The notes under the pieces are model-generated. The model ran no database searches. It was given only the letters and a program-made list of their open reading frames with translations, and was not told where the DNA came from. A stretch of 21,416 nucleotides of DNA, taken from positions 1-21,416 of the forward strand of contig JAWBON010000018.1 in NCBI GenBank assembly GCA_038826135.1, written 5' to 3'. Positions 17,899 through 21,416 of this stretch are shown here, in pieces. This DNA is from Candidatus Odinarchaeota archaeon. GTDB lineage: Archaea; Asgardarchaeota; Odinarchaeia; Odinarchaeales; Odinarchaeaceae. The stretch's first letter is position 1; every line of letters begins with the position of its first letter. The translations under genes and the position numbers were made by a program.

Positions 17899-18833
17899 TC
17901 AAGACTTTCCTGTAAGTCGTATATATGCTTCCTCAAGACTTGAAACACGTCTTTTAACATCAACTACAGGAATATTGTTTTCAGAGAGTATCTTTAAAAT
18001 GTCGCTTAAAGGATTTTTATCATTCTTATACAGAATTGTTAATCCTGTTGGTTTGGGATATACTTTTAAAACGTTTTCTAAAAATGTTATTTGATCTATG
18101 ACAGACGCTTCCAGTAGGTTTTGCAGACAATATCCACCATAATTTCATTGATAACTGTTTGCTTTATTTCATTAGGAGTGTTTAATACTAGAATTTTCCC
18201 TTCGCCGATTATAGCAATACGATCACATATTTTCTCAGGTTCTTCAATGTAATGTGTTGTCCAAATAACTGTTATATCACTTTCATCACTTAATTTTCTA
18301 GCCATCTGCCTGATACTTACAGCTGTCTGCGGGTCTAAGCCGCTTGTCACCTCGTCTAGAAGTAGAACACGCGGTTCATGTATTAAAGCTGCGATTATAT
18401 GAAGTTTTTTACGCATACCAGTTGAGAATGTTTTAACTAAACTATCCGCTCTTTCAAATAATCCTATTAAATTAAGTGATTCATCTATTTTATTATTTAA
18501 AAATCTTTTAGGAATCTTGTATAATTTGCCGAGTAGCTGGAGGTTTTCTCTAGCAGTGAGATCCTCGTACAGGTTTATTCCCTCGGAGACGACCCCTAAA
18601 ACTTTTCTGACTTTACTAGGCTCCTTCCTTATATCAAACCCTTCTATCAAAGCAGTACCCTCTGAAGGGGGTAGAAGTGTACATAACATACGGATGGTGG
18701 TTGTCTTCCCAGCGCCGTTTGGGCCTAGGAGACCAAATATTTCGCCCCTGTTAATTTCAAAATTTAAATGATCGACTGCGATAAATTTTCCAAAGCGCCT
18801 TGTTAGATTCTCTACTCTCACAGAGACGCTCAT
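17899..18833 (-). pseudogene. ABC-2 exporter ATP-binding subunit (~311 aa) with one frameshift near the 3' end (possibly a sequencing error)
   Basis: Walker A GPNGAGKTT, signature FSTGM, Walker B LLLDEVT, H-loop TTHY. After TGC AAA (T4 run at 18119-18122) the -1 frame reads NLLEASVIDQ...SSLEEAYIRLTGKS* to 17899, the usual C-terminal tail. The ATG at 18833 follows AGGAG. Confidence 0.85.
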
Positions 18834-18902
18834 TTTCAATCTCCTATAATAATTAAACTAAGAAAACAATTTTACAGGTATTCGAGATATAATATATGGG
18901 GA

Positions 18903-18933
18903 TTATAAATATTTTTCGAAAAAGATCTCGAGA
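18903..18933 (-). promoter_or_regulatory. Putative BRE/TATA of the ABC operon overlapped by palindromes TTTTTCGAAAAA (18912-18923) and TCTCGAGA (18926-18933)
   Basis: The minus strand reads CGAAAAATA-TTTATAA (18918-18903). Both palindromes are read directly. Confidence 0.35.
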
Positions 18934-18960
18934 AACCTATTAACTTAGTATATTATTCAA

Positions 18961-19614
18961 TTATATATTCAATTTTGTCTGAAAAATCTTATTTAACCAT
19001 TGTTTGGATGTAATCCATGATTTTCTAACTATGTCTGGGAGCGCGCGGTTTTTTTGAAGCCAGCTATTAAGGAAGCTTACAGTTCTAGGGTCGTGACAGT
19101 ATCCTGTGCCGAAGTCGCCGTATATTTTTTCTAGTTCAGCTATTAATGCATCTCTTGTAGTTTTAGCTAGTATAGACGCGGCTGCGACTATATGATATCT
19201 TTCAGCTTTGTTTTCAGCGATTATCCTTGGTTTATAGTTCAAGTTACAACTTATTATGCGAGCGAATTTCTCGGTTTTCAATATAGGCGAGTCTACATAG
19301 ACAATGTCTGGTTTAAAGAAGCTGATTATCTCTAAAAATTTAAGTGTTTCAAGATGATTTAATCTGCTTCTCACGACATAAGTGTCTATTTCACGCGGTT
19401 CAACCACTATTATTTTATAAGCGTTGAGAAGGGTTTCAAGCTTTTCTCTAAACCATTCCCGTTGCTTAGGGGATAGTTTCTTAGAGTCAACTGGGTTTAA
19501 ATCAGCCAGAGCACTTATTTTATCCTCACTTATTAGAGCGCCGCATATCACCATAGGACCGACTACCGGCCCCCTACCAGCTTCATCTATTCCTAAAATC
19601 ATCCCTTTCCTCAT
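18961..19614 (-). CDS. rnhB: Ribonuclease HII
   Basis: GIDEAGRGPVVGPM, DSKKLS, VDS, AAASILAK, GTGYCHDP, VRKSW. Confidence 0.96.
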   Translation of the reverse strand: MRKGMILGIDEAGRGPVVGPMVICGALISEDKISALADLNPVDSKKLSPKQREWFREKLETLLNAYKIIVVEPREIDTYVVRSRLNHLETLKFLEIISFFKPDIVYVDSPILKTEKFARIISCNLNYKPRIIAENKAERYHIVAAASILAKTTRDALIAELEKIYGDFGTGYCHDPRTVSFLNSWLQKNRALPDIVRKSWITSKQWLNKIFQTKLNI

Positions 19615-19650
19615 AAGATTACCTATAATAGTAGGAGGTTAAACCATAAA

Positions 19651-20802
19651 TTAAATTCTATGGCTGATCTTCACTAAAGGATCTGGTGAAGACTCTATGT
19701 TAACCTTATTCTGTTCTTTTTTCTTATTCGATGAGTCGATGATTTCTTTTAAAGCTTCACTGGCAGTTTTAGGTGAACCTTTCTCTAAATAGCCAGCTTC
19801 CACGGCTTCGTTAAATATTTTCTCCCCGAATTCAGTTCTAAGTATTATAAAAGACCACCCTTCAGCTACACCTTGACCTCCAACCGAGATATCAGCAAGC
19901 TCGCCTGTTAAATCCATACACTCACTGCACGCAGCCATTTTAATAGTTTTAAGCTCGCTTATTTTAAATGAGAAAACAGCTGTAGTGTTTTCGTAACCGG
20001 TTAAAACACCTTTTTTAATAACGATTTTAGTGATTTTTGATAGATCATAGCCTTTAGATTCTAGAAATTCTTTTAGCTTATCATAATGATAGTTACCCCA
20101 GCAGAATGTGCTTATAGTTAAGCTTACTATATCCGCTATTTTTAAGCGGCCGTGGTCGGAAAATTGCATTTTCCTAAAAGATTCTATTTGGCAGGGGGTT
20201 CCAACTAATCCGATACTATTCATACATATATTGCAACCTACGAAATCACTATATTCATGATATATTTTACCCAGTAACTGGTTACTGGCTGAAACCGAGT
20301 AGATAGCACCTGCTGTTTCATGAATATTATTAGAGTTAGCAAAGAAGGGTGTAGGCTCCCATGACGTGCTGTTGATTCTTTTTGTGGTTATGGCCCCCTT
20401 TAAGTATCCTTTATCTAAAGCGTATTTTAAGAGAGCTGTGATGACCCCTCCGTCTTGGCCTAGCTTATTCAGTTTAGGATCTTTAGCCCTAGCCACTGCG
20501 ATTGAAGAGTAAACTCCTATTTTATCTTCAGATGATCTAACACGCCCGAAAACATGCTGCTCCACTTCGTCGAAGTTGAGCCCAGTTCTCGGGCAGTGAG
20601 TGTAACAAATACCGCAAACATAGCAGTTTGAGATCAGGGTTGGCTTATAATCCTTAATTCCTATAGCTGAAACAGGGCACGCTGCAACACATCCGCCGCA
20701 TAGCATGCACCTTTCTGTTTTAACTATATCTTTCAGCATTTTTGCTATTGGATAAAGATACGTGTCCTTTCTAGCTTGTTTTGATAACTCAATTTTTAAC
20801 AC
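19651..20802 (-). CDS. Coenzyme F420 hydrogenase/dehydrogenase beta subunit family protein with N-terminal 2x[4Fe-4S] domain
   Basis: CMLCGGCVAACP and CYVCGICYTHCP, then GQDGGVITALL, VGTPCQI, FCWGNY, CSECMD...ADISVG, GWSFIILRT. GTG start after GGAGGGA. Confidence 0.88.
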   Translation of the reverse strand: MLKIELSKQARKDTYLYPIAKMLKDIVKTERCMLCGGCVAACPVSAIGIKDYKPTLISNCYVCGICYTHCPRTGLNFDEVEQHVFGRVRSSEDKIGVYSSIAVARAKDPKLNKLGQDGGVITALLKYALDKGYLKGAITTKRINSTSWEPTPFFANSNNIHETAGAIYSVSASNQLLGKIYHEYSDFVGCNICMNSIGLVGTPCQIESFRKMQFSDHGRLKIADIVSLTISTFCWGNYHYDKLKEFLESKGYDLSKITKIVIKKGVLTGYENTTAVFSFKISELKTIKMAACSECMDLTGELADISVGGQGVAEGWSFIILRTEFGEKIFNEAVEAGYLEKGSPKTASEALKEIIDSSNKKKEQNKVNIESSPDPLVKISHRI

Positions 20803-20838
20803 TTTATCCCTCCGTTACAATTAGCGGACTAGAGATAA

Positions 20839-20860
20839 TTTAAATAATTTATTATTTAAA
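20839..20860. promoter_or_regulatory. 22-bp palindrome TTTAAATAAT-TT-ATTATTTAAA overlapping the likely TATA box of the FrhB-family gene
   Basis: Perfect 10-bp arms at 20839-20848 and 20851-20860, 37-58 nt upstream of the start codon. Confidence 0.4.
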
Positions 20861-20916
20861 AATATTAGGTTTAACACAGTGCTTTTGAAAATATTGAAAT
20901 AATTTAATTTTCACAA

Positions 20917-21416
20917 CTATATTAATCTGTTAATCGCTACTTCAGCTATATCCGTAGCGTAATCGGATATCCGAAAAATACTATCTGTTAAAAGATTGAA
21001 AGAGACTAACAGCTCAGGGTTTAATTTCTCTCTCTCAAACCATTTTCTGAAGCCCTGTTTTTTGTTTTTAAAAAGCATGTTATCATTAATTATTTTATTA
21101 GCTGTATCTATGTTACCTATTAGAAAAGAATCCATCGCTCCGCCGAAGATGTTGTAAACGGTGTTAAGCATTTCATCTAATTCTTTTACCATGTTCTCAA
21201 ATTTTGAAGAGAGTAAAATCTTTAGCTGTTCCGCGATACGGCAGATGTGATCAGCGATATGCTCTATTCGCTGCATGACCATAAAATAATCTAAACAGTC
21301 TACAGGTTTCAGTTTAAGCTTTCTCATAACCTTATAATCTAATAACCCTGTCCTCAACTGTTTCAAAATTAAAAAATAGAATTGATCAACATCATCATCG
21401 ATTTGAGTTATGTTAT
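20917..21416 (-). CDS. PhoU-family phosphate uptake regulator (3' part; 5' end outside window)
   Basis: The frame is open to the window edge: NITQIDDDVDQFYFLILKQLR...RIEHIADH...RISDYATDIAEVAIN, the repeated PhoU-domain signature. Confidence 0.85.
   Translation of the reverse strand, partial: NITQIDDDVDQFYFLILKQLRTGLLDYKVMRKLKLKPVDCLDYFMVMQRIEHIADHICRIAEQLKILLSSKFENMVKELDEMLNTVYNIFGGAMDSFLIGNIDTANKIINDNMLFKNKKQGFRKWFEREKLNPELLVSFNLLTDSIFRISDYATDIAEVAINRLI

Noticed and set aside
14297-19642. Short ORFs 14297..14548, 14814..14996, 16463..16876, 17019..17219, 18517..18771 and 19424..19642
   Set aside because: Antisense or alternate-frame overlaps of supported genes, with no motif evidence.

Overview
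AT-rich archaeal window: archaeal-type GGTG/GAGG ribosome-binding sites and TATA-like promoters, and PurP, MtrH, FrhB and TrmB families. An Asgard/TACK origin is my inference only. From left to right: (1) a truncated GlcD-type FAD oxidoreductase; (2) a 1028-aa protein with a TrmB-type HTH, an ~800-aa hendecad coiled coil and a TrmB-type C-terminal domain; (3) an unknown Cys-cluster protein; (4) a ten-gene minus-strand histidine operon, hisG-hisD-hisC-HAD-hisB-hisH-hisA-purP-like-hisF-hisI, with no hisE and an apparent CTG start on hisH; (5) a perfect 16-bp tandem repeat just upstream of hisG; (6) a divergent pair of a divergent MtrH-like pterin-binding barrel and a stand-alone HerA-like ATPase; (7) an ABC-2 exporter pair broken by three single-base frameshifts in homopolymer runs, whose permease has a large sequon-rich ectodomain; (8) rnhB, an FrhB-family protein and a truncated PhoU-family gene. 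I found no tRNA, rRNA, CRISPR array or mobile element. All family calls come from motif recognition by eye, not database searches.
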